Shown piece by piece: positions 1 to 30,899 of a stretch of DNA of 64,000 bases. Both the position numbers and the translations under genes were made by a program. The DNA is from Chrysomallon squamiferum. Lineage: Eukaryota > Animalia > Mollusca. The stretch spans positions 10,106,001 through 10,170,000 of the forward strand of contig CM022670.1 of the NCBI GenBank assembly GCA_012295275.1, in the 5' to 3' direction. The notes under the pieces are model-generated. The model was not told the DNA's origin. It made no database searches and saw only the letters and a list, made by a program, of their open reading frames with translations. How positions within the stretch are numbered: position 1 is the stretch's first letter; each line of letters begins with the position of its first letter.

Positions 1-2269
1 TGAGCAATAATTCAGAATTTAGGAAGTAATGAAATCATTGGAGTGATCATGCTTTGAGCATTATTTTATCAAACAATCTAAACAATTTTTTTTTTTAACT
101 TTTTATCATTTTGTTCAGCTAATGATTTTTGATTTAACTTGATAAAAAACTGTTTTATTCTTTTATTTACTCTTTTTTGATTTACCTTCACAAAAAACTT
201 TTATCTTCAAATATGTTTCAAAACCACAACTTATACATCATTATAAATATTATACATATTAACAATTTTTTAAATGCTAAAATTGTACTACTAAAATATA
301 TTTATTTTTTAAATAAATTTTTTAAGTTCTCTTGAAGATAAATATTTATTATAAAGAAATTTTTTTAAAAATAATCAATAGATATCTTATTAGCATATTA
401 ATATTTCCATAACTGTGATTCTTAATAATATGATTTACAAGCAAAAGTATATACAGAAATAAATATTTAAAAAAACCCCCCAAAATTGGAATTAATAATA
501 ATATGATAATATAAAATATAAGTTTGCATTAAAAGCTAAATATTTACATTAACAATATTAAAAAAGTGGTAAATAACAAACAAAAGCAATTTAAAAAAAA
601 AAAAAAAAAATTAATTAAAAAAAAATTAAAACTGGAATTTTATCATATCACACAATTAAAGCAAGGGTAGTGAACCATTTAGGAAACAAAAGAGGAGATA
701 ATTATATCAAAATATTTTTTCCCCCTCTTACCAGCTCATTATTAAATTCAAAAATAGAATTTGTTCAAATTCAATAGATAACCCGAGAAAAAACTGATAA
801 AAGCATATTTTAGTCATTTTGCTGTACAAAAGCAACAGTATTGTTTGACTGGTCTCTTGGATGTTATGTAACACCACATAGGTTCACCATCCCTGACTCA
901 ACATAATTTTGTAAAAAAACCAAAAGAACAGGAAAAAACAAAAGAAGAATACAAAAGAACTACAGATATTTAAACACTCAAATTACAAAAGAACAATAAG
1001 AAATAATTGTATATATACTACAAACATTATTCTCAACAAAAAAAGGATCTTTAAGAAAAAAACATGTAAGTTTATAGACTTTTCAGCACTGAAGCTTTAA
1101 GCAGTAATCGATCATTTTAAATATGGATTTGATCACCAACAATAACAACAAAAAAAAACTATGTAAGAACTATTTGTACTTTAAATATTATCATTCACCA
1201 AATAAAACATATGTACTTCAAAAACAAATAAAATTACTAATAATCACGAAAATACAATAAAATGAAATTCTGTTTGCCGATTTCATAAGAAATGAATGAA
1301 TCAAGAATTTAAAAACAAAATCCTTTTTGCTTTGTGAATGCTACACTCATAATCATTGCACTATACAGATATACACTAATTTCAACTACCACAGGGATAT
1401 TTAAAAAAAAAAAAAAAAAAACCATCAGAAACATCTGTGGCAGAATTTACCAAGCATGTACGTTCCAAAGACTGGTTTTATTTCTGATTTCAAAATGATT
1501 TGCAAAATAAAAAAAAGATAGTAAATATATGTTTTAGTTCTTTTATTGTTGTTTTTATTGCTGAAATACAAACTACACAACAAGGAGATTATAAAAAATT
1601 AAAAAATGTAAATTTTCATTGCTTATTACCGTAGGTCTAGTATGCAATAATAAATCAGCATTCTGGCTGATTTTCAAAATGTCTCTACTATTCTGGATTA
1701 CAGTAAAATGAAATCAACACTGCTAAGAATCCTAAATTATTATAATTTAGTAATTATAAAGTATGCAATAAAATTGCAAAAAAACAAAAAAACAAAAACA
1801 TTTTTTTTTTTTTTTTTATAAATAAATAATTAAATAAAAAAAAAAAGATAAAAAAAAAGTAAAAAATGATCTAAAAGAATTAATCTCAATTAAAAACTGT
1901 AAGTTCGTATAGTTAATAAACTCAACACAATTTTTTTATTAAAATAAGCAACTAAGAATAAAAACTGTGAGAAGTATATTAAGTTAAAGGTATTGGATTT
2001 ATATGTAGGGGATAATTTTAAGCATTTTTTTTTTAATATTAGTTTTATTCAAGAATTTCCTTCAAAAAAGAAATAATAATAAAGTCTGTTATCACAAGTG
2101 TATGGTTTCAAAATACTTTGATTATCACTTGCATAGTTTCCAAATTAGAGCACTGATCAGACACTCTGGAAAGACAGAGAATAAAATAAAATAAATAAAT
2201 AAATAAATACTGTATTAAGTATGTAAATTCAATAGTGAATATGTTAAAACTTTAATTTATTATGATAAA

Positions 2270-2620
2270 ATTTAGCAGTATTAACAGTAGTAGTGGTAGT
2301 AACACTAGTAGTAATACAAGTAGTAGTACCAGTATCGGTATAGTAATAATAGTTTTAGATGTAGTATAGTAATAGTGTACTGGAAATAGTAGTATTGCAA
2401 TAATATAGTACTTGTAGTGGTAGTGGAATACTTGAATAGTAATAATAATAGTAGTGTAGTGATTAAGAAAGAAATAGTGGCAGTAATAGTAATGGTAATA
2501 GTTGAAGTATAGAAATAGCATACTGGTAGTAGTTGTAGGTAAAATGTTTTAACAGTATAGTAGTACAGTAGCATGCTAGTAGTGGTCAAAGTATACTAAT
2601 AGTATAATAATAGTAGTATG
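2270..2620. repeat. Degenerate (TAG)n low-complexity tract in the SFK-A 3' flank or UTR
   Basis: tagtagtggtagtaa-like runs; the source of the Tyr/Leu/Thr-rich ORFs. Confidence 0.85.
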
Positions 2621-2929
2621 TATATATATATATACAAATGTGTCATCAAGATATCACAGTTTGACTGTATTACACATTTGCTGTCATTAATTCTTAAGTG
2701 GTAAAGAATTTAAAATTTCTAAAAAAAACATTTTTTTTTTTTAAATGACAAAATATATCACAAAAGCAATAATTAAGTGTCACACACACACAGAGAGACA
2801 CATACACACAGTCAACCAAGAATGTCACTGTATTACTGTTATTGCTGTGTTATTTTCAAAATGTTGAAGAATTTAAATTTATTAAAAAAATGAGAAGAAA
2901 AGACTAATACTTTTTTTTTTTTTTTACCT

Positions 2930-11663
<8,734 letters not shown>

Positions 11664-11800
11664 TATTTAGTGTCGTTGAAGTTCTAGTTTAGTGGAAGTT
11701 TCAAAGTGAAGTTTAAAAATGATGCCGAACTTGAGGTGTCACGTGATTCTGAGTTTTTTCATCTTTAGGTCAACAAATGAATGGAGTTTCTTTTAGCTTT
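11664..11800 (-). other. 5' UTR part of the SFK-A ATG exon; candidate upstream non-coding exons end at 12736, 13615 or 15434
   Basis: Acceptor tctctcctgtccacag at 11801-11816. Upstream minus-strand donors AAG|GTGAGA, AAG|GTAAGC and TCA|GTAAGT; which are used cannot be told from DNA. Confidence 0.4.
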
Positions 11801-13946
11801 CTGTGGACAGGAGAGAATAATCTGTTAGAAACGTGAATGAACGTTTAATTGTTTGGTGATACATTTACATTATCAGTCTTTATTTCATAACAAACATATA
11901 TTTTTACTAAAATATCCTTTATGAAGAAGAGAAAGAGACCGATCTGGTTGAGAGAGAGAAATAGAATGTTTTTTAAAAAGACCGAAAGATAGATAGACAG
12001 ATATACATATATATATATATATAGACAGAAGATAGCGAGATAAATAAATGACCTGTCAGCTATTTAATAAGTATTAACATTACTGATTGTCAAACACATG
12101 ATTATTGATTTAATGAAGATATGAGAAACCACTGCAGTAATTTTGTCATTGAGCAGCAAGGTATCTTTTAATGCACCTATAAATGGAGAACAAATACTTT
12201 GTACCATCATAACTGAAATCTCTTTTTTTCAGTAACTGATATATAAGAAAATACTAAAAAAAGCGAATTTAACAAATATAAATAAAAGATGATCTAAATG
12301 TGACAAAAAAGTATTCATGTACATTGTTCTTTAAACTGCAAATACATGAAAGAAAGAAAACTTTAATAAAGTATTCTACCAGTTATAAATAATGTTTATC
12401 TTACTAATTATTTTATTATACACTTTTTATAAATAATTAATGAGGTTAACTACTGCAATAATAATAATAATAATAATGATAATTATAATAATAATATAAA
12501 GAACTACATCAGTAATAATCCAATTTACATTTAAAAGAAAACACATGCTCTAAATGTCTTTCTGAATGAGTATACGCACGTGCACACACACACACACACA
12601 CACATTCTAGTATGCATGCATGCATAAAGGATTATATTATTCTTTAATAAAAAATACCATAGTTAAACTTTCAGAGACCATTTATAAAAAATAAAAAAGA
12701 AGAAGAAGAAGAAGAAGAAAAAAAAACACTCTCACCTTTTCCCAAACATCCAAAACACAGGGGTATCAACACAATCATGACAATTTTTTTTAGAAATATT
12801 AAACATAATGTAACAACATGGCTAATAAGGTCAACAAAGCCCAGCCCAGTGCAAAACGTTGTTGACATAATGAGTGATATACAATATCACGCATATGTTA
12901 CATGCAGATTAAGTTCCTGGTCAGAACCAATGATATACATACTCTTTGTTGCCAAACTGTTATGTTAGACGTTGGCAAAGGCTGGTTTATCAAGATAACA
13001 GTATAAGGTCCTGTTAATATCATTATGAAGAAAATGCTGTGGTTTTTGTGTTGTTTCTTTGTTTCTTTTATTTTTGGGGGGTGTTGGGGGGTAGTGGTAA
13101 AATTATGTAAATGAATGTAAAATAAATAAAATAAATTAATAATAACAAAAGCAAAATAAAATGAATAAAAATGGTTATATTATTAAAATAAATAAGCGAG
13201 CATACAATTTTGGCATTAAAATAAACAAACAGTCAAATAAATAAATAAATAAATTTAATATTGCAATAAACAAATGAACAGATAAGTAAGTAAGTAAGTA
13301 AATAAATAAACGATCAAAATAATTTTAATAAGAACAATAATCATAAAAATAAACTATATGAATAAATACATAGCAAAAAAAAAAAAGAATTTTTTTAATT
13401 AAAGAAATATAGTTCTAGAGAAACCGCAAAATAAAAATTAGTTCACTTTTTTAAAACACATTTCTGATTAGTGATAATAACTGGGTGAAAAAAAATTTAC
13501 AACGAAAACAATAATAAAATATAAAATATAAGATATATATATATAAAATATAATTATTGTAACAAAATGAAAAATATGTCACATGCTGTAACACAGAAAA
13601 TGAATTATGCTTACCTTTTATAAAAAGGACTGAATAATTAATGAAAATTGATAGACGGAATCCAAAATGTTTTGAAATTTAGAAAATAAATAAATAAATA
13701 AATAATAATAATAAAATATCTGTATTATAATTAAAATAAATTAAGACAGAGTGTAAATGAGAGTTGATACTAATGACCAGCTGGGAACGCTGTTGTTATT
13801 CAAATGAATCACACTCTTTAACAAAGTTTCATCGCCTTAATAGTCACATTTCCTGTGTCATAACAATGTCCCATGCACTTCCTGGTTTCTTCAAATTGCA
13901 CATGATGAAAATAACCCCAAACACAATCATTTCATATGAGTCTGAG

Positions 13947-13989
<43 letters not shown>

Positions 13990-14098
13990 CACAAATCTGT
14001 TTGTATGTGTGTATATGTATGTATTCAGATATTTATGTCTGTATATGCATATGAATGTATACATGTCTATAGGTATGTATAAACATTACATGCATACC

Positions 14099-14141
<43 letters not shown>

Positions 14142-17100
14142 ACATTCATGTATGCATTTATCTAAAGAGACAAAGAAAAATGTAGGCTTCAGTTCTAACA
14201 CATAACAAATATATCTCTTAAGAATAATAACCAGGTGATCAATATTTTGACATATACATTTAATCTACATACACGAACACCTAAACATAGACACAAAGAC
14301 CTCAACACACAATAATAATACAGTAAATTATTTTTATATTTGTAATAAATTAAATAAGGATTTATTTATATTTACTGAAAGAAAGATATATATATATCTA
14401 AAAAATAACAATTTTTATTTTCACTCATTGAAAATAAAGATAAAATCTTTTTTTTTTTTTTAAATCTGAATAAATAAATAATCACAAATAGGCTGTTTTT
14501 TGTTGAAACTAAATTCCATATAAATGTTTGTGATGCAACACAGACATAAGGTTAAGAAACCCAAAATTATTTTGTTAATTTTGTATTTTTATTTGACTGA
14601 CGTTGCTTAATCTTTGTTCCTGATAATTATATAAAAAGAAAATTTATTTGTAGATAAAAATCTTAAGATTTAATTTATATATTAATTTTAGTATTTTATA
14701 CAAGTATTTTATATTTATTTTCTATATGTATACTTTATCAGTTTTATGTAGTAGTACATAATTATGATAATCAATTTTATTTAAAATGTAACTAAGTAAA
14801 TAAAATTCAGTCAAAATGAGAATAATTTTTCTAAAGAAAACAATTAAATAATAACATTATCATCATCATCATCTCATAATCAATACTCAGTTTTAGTAAT
14901 TTACTTCATAATTTTCTATTTATATATTATTTTCAATATTTATAGTTTAAACAATGTTTTTAAATATATATATTTTTTTCTGTTCTTCAGTGCAGTGCCT
15001 CTTCATATTGTTTTATTACCGTACAGACATAAATCCTTAAGAAAGTCAGAAAAACTACCATCATTTTTTATGATTAAATCACATTAAAAGTTTTTTTTAT
15101 ATTATTATAATTTTGTTTTCTTATTAAAAAGAATTTTTTTTTTTTTCTCCAGATATTACCTATTAATCTTTCATATTTCACAACAGAATTCCTATTTTAA
15201 CAAACTGTATTCTTGCCATCAGCTTACTGCGAACAAGGAAGTAATAAAATAGTAGAAAAAAAAAATAAAAGATAAAAATATCTATCAATCGTTGTCAAAG
15301 TAAAAACTTTTATTCGTCTCTTCAACACACCCCCAGTCTAATAATGTGCGTTTTGATTACATATAAAATGTATGAAGTTATAAAAGTTTATAAAAAGTGA
15401 GTTTTAAATAGTAAAATAACGAAATAAACTTACTGAGAGTTGGCAAACGTCCCCTTCCTTCAGTACAGAGGTAGCAACTAGGAAGTTCTTTTGACCTACT
15501 GACCTCGATAGGACAAAAGTTTAATACAGGAAGTTCAAAGGTAATAGATTGGTCGCCTGTTAATTCTTGTAATAGAAGCGTAGCAAAATGAGAATACTTA
15601 GCGGGAATATAAATAAACAAATAAAATAAAATTAAGTAAAAAATAAATAAATAACAACCGACCAAACAAGCAAGTAAACAACAAAAACAACAACAACAAC
15701 AATAATAATAATAATCATGAAAAGAGAAAAGAATTTAAAAAAAAGAAAATGAAATAAATTAATTAAACGTCAATCGTTTGATCCAATTGGAAACATTTTA
15801 AATTTTCCTTTTAATCTTGATTTCATGGTGTATTAAAATAATAAATTAAAATTTAGGATGAATAATTCATGTTACTTCAATAGATATATTTTAATTTTAT
15901 TTAATTTTTTATATTAGTATATTCTTATTAACTACAAATAAATAATGCATAATACATATTTTGAAAAAACCCCACCAGAAATCCACATAAAAATCCACAT
16001 ATATAAACAAACAAACAAACAAACAAACAAACAAACAAACAAACAAACAAACAATAAATAAATAAATTATGTTTAATCAGATATTAAGGATTATAAAAGA
16101 ACATTATTACTGACATGTTTTAGAATGACTGGTTTTATAAATTACTCTGTATTCAATTAGCAATAGGAAACACTGACAGGCATCTTTCCAGAAACAGGAT
16201 AACTTTAGATAAACCAGTAGTCTATCTCTGACTGGAACGGGAAACAGACATAGTCGGATCCACCATGAACAAAGAATATATCCAGCAATCCATTGCACTG
16301 CATATGTAATCACTAAGCTACATAGTCTACATTTCCTTTATTCAGTACAACAGCTATAAGATTATAGAGAGATTAATAACATTTATAATATTCATCATAA
16401 GCTGTTTTTTAGTCCTTCTCTACTTACATGCTTATAATTATTTAATTCTTATTCAACAAAAAAAGATTGAGCATCCTTACGTATGTATGTATGTGTATAT
16501 GCAATTATGTACGCATGTATGTGTGTGTGTATATATGCGTGATGTATATGTGTTTATCACTATGTATGAAAGTTTATGTATCCAGTACAGAAAGGTTAAG
16601 ATAAAAGCAGTATATTTCTGAATAAAATATTACTTCATTTTGAAGTGAGACTGTACTCAGCAAATTGAGTTTTTGTCAATAAATAAATAAATTGAGTAAA
16701 TATATAAATAAAAAAAGAAGTGTTATTATACAAGAGTATCATGTATGGGAGTATAAGCACGTGTGATTTGTATTTTAAATTCAACAATAAAATAATTAGA
16801 TTTAAAAAATGTAGTTAAATGCGGATTCAAAAGTGGAGGGAGAAAATATAATTTAGTTTGAGCAATAAATTAAATATTTACTTTGTTGTTTCTCATGTAC
16901 ATTTTGCGCAAACATTGTAACTATTACACAGACACAAATGCAGATGGATATTATATTAAAACCTTTATTACAGCATTGGTCTCTTTTAAAAAAATAAATA
17001 AAAAAAGAAACAAAAAAACCAACAAAACAACAAATGAGCCTGATAACAATAATAAAAGCACAAAGAACAAAAATTAATTGTGGATAATATATTTGGAGAA

Positions 17101-17821
17101 AGAATGCACATAGTATTGTGAATGCTTACAATAAAAAAATATCAGTTATTAATGCAGTTTTAGAACTATTATTTAATTATATGCATACATATGTAATATA
17201 TAATACTACCAAAGATATATATATATATAGTGTTAAAAATGCTGTGAGAAAAAGATTTAATATATTTTCTAAATATACCTTTACAAATGATCAATTATAC
17301 TGAGCAAGTATATCATTTAAATAAATAAACAAATAAATTTTAAAAATCAGCAGTTTCATTTAGAATGGAAATTATGACATTATTAAAATAATAATAAAAA
17401 ATGCTAAACTGCGAACGGTCTGAAATGAATTAATGATAAAATATTTTTAATCATGTCAAAATTCCGTAAAAGTATAATAATAATAATAATAATAATAATA
17501 AAATAAATAATGAATAGTAATAATAACAATAAATGAATGTACAATAAATTAACAATAAAATAATAATAATAATGATTTAAACAAGAACAACAACTAAATA
17601 GTGTAAGTCCACTGATTAGTTGCAGTTACATTTTGTCATATTTTTATTATTATTATTAATTCTTCTTCATTTCTATATATGTATCCATATATAATATTTT
17701 CTTTTAATTCAGTCAGGAAAAATTATAATAATATCTAAATATACTGTCACAGATATACAACATACAGTCCACTATGACTGACAAATATATAATTCAACAT
17801 CTTGGAATAACTGACAAGATA

Positions 17822-17852
<31 letters not shown>

Positions 17853-18419
17853 TCTCTCTCTCATTCACATGATAAAAGATAACTATTTAATTAAATATAA
17901 AGACTATATTTGGAGAACTTAAAGCAAACAAAAACTATTTTTTTGTTTTTGTTATAAAAATCTTTACTAATGACATAAAATTCTGTCTTGGCTCTCAGAT
18001 TAACCGTTGTTCTAAGTATGCACTGATGCAGAAGAAAAGCAAGGGTCATTCAGTCCTTTCCCGATGTTTCTTTTTACATTTTGTAAAAAAAACTCCTTTA
18101 TCATTCGAAATTATTTTCCACCACACTGGTGCTGCCATACTTTTAGTGAAATCCAGCATTTGCTATTTGTGTGCCAGTGTGTGTTATGTTAGCAGTATAC
18201 AAGTATGTTTGTGTGTATGACTGTATGTATGTAAGTATATTTGTATGTGTGTCTGTGTGTGTATGTGTAAGTATGTGTGAGTCTCTCCATGTGTATATAA
18301 GTGTATGTGTGCTTGTATGAATGTATGTATGTATGCATTCTTTTCATATCTACCAAGAAATTTGTCTGACTTGTTTCTTTTTTGTTCTTAAGATGATTTT
18401 TTGCTGTAAAAGAAAGACA

Positions 18420-24655
<6,236 letters not shown>

Positions 24656-25361
24656 CACGACAAAATGTAGACTGCGTAAAATAATAATAATAATAATAGT
24701 GGTAGCAGTAATAGAAGGAGTAGTAGTTGTAGTAGTGTTAGTATTAGTAGTAATAGTAGTAGTAATAATAATAATAATTATAATAATAGTAACAATAACC
24801 ATCATCATCACAACAACAGTTTTAATTAGTAAAAGAATAAGTAACAACAATAAAAATTTTAAACTAAAAATCATAGTCATCTATTTCATTAAATGTTTCT
24901 TTTGGGTACATTTGTGTGTATGTATGTATGTGTGTATACCTATTTCAAATACTTCCAAACACACAGTTTTTGTAAATGGTTTTGGCCTGTACTTTCCAAA
25001 TAGTCAGTAATCACCTGTGTCTACAGCGTCTCGATTGGTTAGTTACCGTAAAGGGGAATATTTTTATTTTTTAAAAAGGAAGTTCAGAATTCAAAGGTGC
25101 TCTGCTTCACTGGATTTGTTTTATTCACTAAGCATATTTACAATACAGAAAGGTTGTTATGAATGCAGTCGCGTTATATTTCTACATGCTGTAATATTTA
25201 ATACATTTTGAAGCAAGATAACAATTAACGGATTTTTCTTCTTATAAACTCGAGCATGTGTCTGCTATTTCATAAAAAAAAAAACAACAACAACAGTGCA
25301 ACAGCACAACAACAAAACATACTAACACTCACACAATAACAAAAAAATAAACCCACCAACA

Positions 25362-25421
<60 letters not shown>

Positions 25422-25789
25422 TAGGCACCTCGATCTCAAACAAACAATTTCTTTGTGTGTATTTCAGGTTTTTTTAACAGCTCCACATTTTTTTAAATAT
25501 GTATTATTTAAAATTTGTAAGAAGTTACGTATGTATGTATCGGTGGATGTCTGTATGTATTCATATATGTCTGTCTGTATGTCTGTACGTATGTGTGGAT
25601 GTGTATATACGAACTAAAACACGAACATCGATCAAAGATGACGCAAAGATCTCTGACTCTAAATCACGTAAGTAAAACTTGACACGTGAAAACAAGAGCC
25701 TGCTATCGTCAATTACTATGCAACGTCTCCTGTACCTCGCTACCGATTTAAAACAAACAGTGACTGAAGATAAAATATCTAAGAATACA

Positions 25790-26000
25790 AACACTTACCT
25801 TGCTTTACAGGTAAGTTCAGAAACAGGTCTGTGATGATCTGAGGCAAAAATGTATTTTATTTTTCCAGGCTGTGTAAAGTTTGCTAACAGTTAACAGCTA
25901 AAAACACTTCAATAAGCAGGTTTCAGCGACTTGAAAGGAATAGCATTCAATGACAAAGTCCGCTTTTTAAATTAACTTCCTGATTTAGACTACCAATACA
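25790..26000 (-). promoter_or_regulatory. Putative 5' UTR exon / promoter of SFK-B (donor AAG|GTAAGT, exon end 25799)
   Basis: The SFK-B ATG exon starts at acceptor ttttacgcag (exon start 24671). A perfect donor lies at 25798-25793, with CpG-enriched sequence beside it and ACTTCCTG at about 25975. Confidence 0.45.
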
Positions 26001-26444
26001 TACCCCGATAACTGTAACACTATCTCAGTGACCTACTAGTTTTATTTAAGTCTCGCATCTTGGTTAACTAAAAACAGTGTATTATCAAGCCTACCTTAAA
26101 GAAAAAAAAAATTAAAAAAAATAAAAAGAAAGGAAAAAAATAATGAATTGAATGTAATAAAACATCCTGGTTTAGTTCATAGATTACTTTTAAAGTTTTA
26201 TTACTAGACATTGTTAATAAACGGGGAAGTTATTTATCCTGGTTTTGTGTATATTTGATAAGCTAAAGACTGGATTAGTAAGAAATTTTCTTATAGAAAT
26301 TCAGACAGGTATAACCGGTTTTGAATATTCACTAAATAAAATCACACAAACATATTTATTATTTGAAGATAGAAGTGTTTTATTACTCGTTCAACAATCG
26401 CTTTGTGAATTATTAATCTGCAATTATGTGCTGTTTTTCGTATG

Positions 26445-26550
26445 TTACGTTTAAAGGACCATACAAGAGGAAACTCACTAACGCATGCCGTAAGCTTTTC
26501 ATTTACGTTTAGCAGCAAAGGATTTTGTTTCATAAATACCTTCTCTCAAA
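26445..26550 (+). mobile_element. Second degenerate copy of the SINE-like repeat
   Basis: aaggaccataca..gaggaaac....ttagcagcaaaggatttt, same motif order as the 48.7 kb copy. Confidence 0.45.
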
Positions 26551-26895
26551 TGGAAAATTATCTGTTTTAATCAAACGTTTTGATGAAACTAGCGGCAACA
26601 AGTAAAAGAGGAAATGGAAAAATCGAGATCACAATTATCTTTTAGAAAATAAACTCATTTGTTGATTGTTTCATCTATCCCATTGTTTATTCTATTATTT
26701 CAAGTTCCAAATAGTCCTCCACGTCTTATTACGTGAATGATGAATCGTGTGTGTATTTTTTGGCTGTGAGAAAGGTTCAAATAAAACAGATGTTCATCAA
26801 ATAGAAAAGGCTGGTTTTAAAAGATGATAATAATTTTTAATAATAATAATAAAAAAAAAAAAAAAATAAGAAGAAAATAAGAAAACAAACTGTAA

Positions 26896-26938
<43 letters not shown>

Positions 26939-29436
26939 ATGAATATTAAAAATAATAGCTACAACACGTTTTTCCAGTTTGATGAATTTCAGTTGAGAAA
27001 CTGATAACAAACATACTGTTTATTCTATTCTATTTTATTTTATTTTATTTTATTTTATTTTATTTTGTTTTGGTTTGTTTTGTTATGTTTTTTATTTGTT
27101 TTGTCTTGTTTTATTTTATTTAAATGAAATTATCATTATTTTTAATTTATTAATTTATTTTTTTTTATTTTTTTTCACTTCAGAGACAATTCGAAGAAAA
27201 ACAGGGAAATATCTTTACAAGTATTTTCTTTAAAATCATATACGTAAGGAATAATAAAATTTCAAAAACAAAATAAAATGGAAAGATAATTGTCTGTGAT
27301 CTATCAGTACAGAAAATTTATGTTATGAATTTGAATAAATATTTATAAAAAAAATTTGACGGTTCCTAATGAAGCTGTTAAAGAATTTGGTACTGTTTCG
27401 TTTTGGCATTTCTTCAACAAAACCAGCACAATGTCTGAAAACCCCATAGAACCCTCTTGGAAATTTAATTTTACGTTTCTATTTGCAAATATTGTTATTT
27501 ATTTTTAACATTTTATATTACGAATTGTATTACTTTATGTATGTATGTATGTATGTATGTATGTATGTATGTATGTATGTGTGTATGTGTATGTGTGTGT
27601 GTATGTATTTTAAATTAATACTATAAAAAATATATATATAAATTATAGTAATTATGTAGTTTAGATAAAAAATAATAACAATAAACAAATTAATAAAACG
27701 CATTGCAAGATTTTATTTACATAATGACGTCACAATATACAGTAATAAAAGTAGCCTTTTTAGAATGATACATGAAAATTATAAAAATTACAAGCTGCGA
27801 AACTTTATTTCAAATTTTGATACAGATAACCAAAATCAGTGAACTGATGTTTAGCAACATCTAAACAAAAATAAATAAACTGTGTATCAAAAATGTGTAT
27901 GTTTGAATGTGTGTTTTTGTGTATCTGTGAGTATATGACTGAGAAAAGCACACTGTTGTGGTTTTGAAAAATAAAAAAAATATTTATTCAATTAAATAGT
28001 TTAACATTTAGACAATGACCACAAAAATTCAGTCTTCATGAACGATATTAAGCTTGTGTATAATCTTGAAAAAAAAAAGAAAAATTTTTTTTTTTCTTTG
28101 CTGTTTTGATTTTTGCTTTAAAACATCCATTTCAAATTTTAAAAAATTATCTAAAATATTTATTGATGGGAAATGTCCAGATAAAACAATTTTTGATAGA
28201 GAAAATTAAAATTAAAATTAAATTAGTTAATATAATTCTCTCCCATTAATTTTATGAAATATATTCATGTCTTGACAATACAAAACATGTTTTTAATTAC
28301 ACAATATATACAATGTAACAATGGTTTAAAGTCACTTGCTAAAAATTCCTTAATTACTTATTAAAATCTATGTACAAGCAATATATCTAAGGGACTTGAA
28401 AATGAGAAACAGTTTTGTTTTTTGTTGTTTTTTTAAATTATGCATGATAATAAAACTATATAAAGTATGTAGATATATATATATACTGTATTTTTACAAC
28501 AACAAAAAGAGAATTTATAATAAAATAAATATAAATTTAATATATATATATATAAAAAAAAAAAATTCAGTTTAGCTTAACAAATTAACACAATGTTTTT
28601 CACATGCAAATACACAGATATTGATGATATATTCTTATCTATTTTTGAACATTGGCTAAACAAATAAAAAACAAAAAAAAACAAAAAAATAACAACAAAA
28701 AGTGGCAGAACATATTATGCAAATATGATGTCAGTAATTTCAATAAAATGATGATAGAATAGAATAGATATCTAAAGAAAGATTTTATGCTTACTGTTAA
28801 AATGTAAAAAATAGAAAAGAAAAAAAATGTTTTTGTTTATTATATAGATATAATTTGTAAACTATTTAGAAATATTTTCTTTTTATTAGTATTAACCATT
28901 TTTCTTTGTTTCTGATTTAACTTTTGGCACAAAAGTGTAAGATTGTGAAACAATTTGAGCACGAATTTGTGTTTTGAGCATGAAACCAGATTAAATAAAT
29001 TTTTAGAAAATTAATTACAAATATTGAAAACATTAAATTCAGTTTTTTTGTTCTTGGGTAATTTAACTTTATGAAAAACATATATTTAATTAACGTATAT
29101 GTTTAATACATATTACTGAAAAGGGAAATTTATTAAGGAAATGAACAACTCATCTGCATTTGAATTTTTAGTCTTTAAAAAAATAAATAAAATCAGTATG
29201 AAATGACTCCACTACCTTATACAATTTAACTTAAGTTATTTCTGAACCATAAAAAAAAAAAAAAAAAATAATAATAATAATAATCATAATAATCATAATA
29301 ATAAAAAATAAACTAATAATAATAAAATATAAAAAAAAAATAATAGTAATAATAATAATAATAATAATCATCATAATAATAAAAAAATAAAAAAAAATAA
29401 TACAATAATAATAAAAATAATCATAATAATAATAAA

Positions 29437-29467
<31 letters not shown>

Positions 29468-30868
29468 TTAATATCTTCCAACTATTCTGCCATTTTGGAT
29501 GTCACAATTCATTATAAAAGTTAAATAAAAAATTATTCTGCCAAATTTTACTGACACTTTTTTTAGAGGAATGTCTGCTAAGAATTAATTATTTAAAATA
29601 ATCATCAGGAATGATTTTCATTAAATACTGTAACAGGTAAAAATGACAGGGAATGATTTTTATCATTAATAAACCATATTACAAGAAAAATCAGGTGTGT
29701 TTTAAGCATATTTATCAGGATTATGTGTAATATTAAACCTTTTGTGTGTAAAGATATATATGAACCAAAAACTACAATGTATGATTTTATAAACCATTTA
29801 CAACAAAACAAAACAAAAAAAAAATCACAAAAAAAAAAAAACCAACAAAAAAACCTAATAATCATTATATTATCTACAAATATGTACATATATCGAAATA
29901 AAAATTATAAAATCAAAAAAAAAAAAAAAAAATTGAATATCATGACTATCTTCAGGATGTTAATTATTATTTGGGTGTTTTTAATGTTCAAGTTTGTCTC
30001 TGTGTGTATTCAAAGCTTTGTTAAAGATGAATCTTAAATGTACAGCCTACAAATTCTCTTCTACCAGTGTTTGTATTATACACTACGGTTTTTTAGATTA
30101 CAAAATTATGTTATATGGGTTTGGTGAACAGCTTATACCGGTAAATCATTTTTTGATTTATGTAAATTATTATGTGTTAATTCAGCATACAAAAATATAA
30201 CTGTAAGATCCAAATCATTTATATTATTATTATTATTATTACTTATCTGCTTTTTAAAATTATTATTTTAATAATAATAATAATATATATATAAAGAAGA
30301 GCAATAATAATAATAATAATAATAAATGCGAAAAATTATGAAAATAATAGTGATGATGGTGATGATGATAATAACAATAATAATGCATTACAAAATCGAG
30401 AAATTAAAAACTAAGATAAAAAATATATCTAAACAATAATGACCCTATTTTTAAAAAAAAATTCAAATTTCGAATACTGTCACAATATTTATTAGGAAGT
30501 TGTTATGTTGAAAAAATTTATCAAATTTAGACTCCATAATTTTTTGTTCTGGTACATGAAAATAAACAATCTAAAAAAAAATGTCATTCTGTCTTGTCAG
30601 TAAACATATATATAAAAATTTATATACAAGTTTCTAAAATATGAATTTCTTCAATTTGAAAATTAATAAATTCACCTAGACAACCTCACTTTATTTCTAT
30701 TATTAATTTTCTAAAAAATATTTATGCAAAAAAAAAAAAGGGAGAAACATACAAACCTTAATAACTAAAATATAATTTGTACCAAGTTAATAAGAATCTT
30801 ATTGTTGTTTTTTTACACTTCTAATATTTAAAACATTTAAAATAAATATTTTGTACTAACAAATGTGG

Positions 30869-30899
<31 letters not shown>

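Noticed and set aside
2252-2589. Tyr/Leu/Thr-rich ORFs of 89 and 94 aa
   Set aside because: Translations of a degenerate (TAG)n tract.
24672-24880. Signal-peptide-like N-terminal extension of SFK-B
   Set aside because: Made of (ATT)n/(ACT)n repeats upstream of an acceptor; Met-Gly at 24655 fits a myristoylated start.
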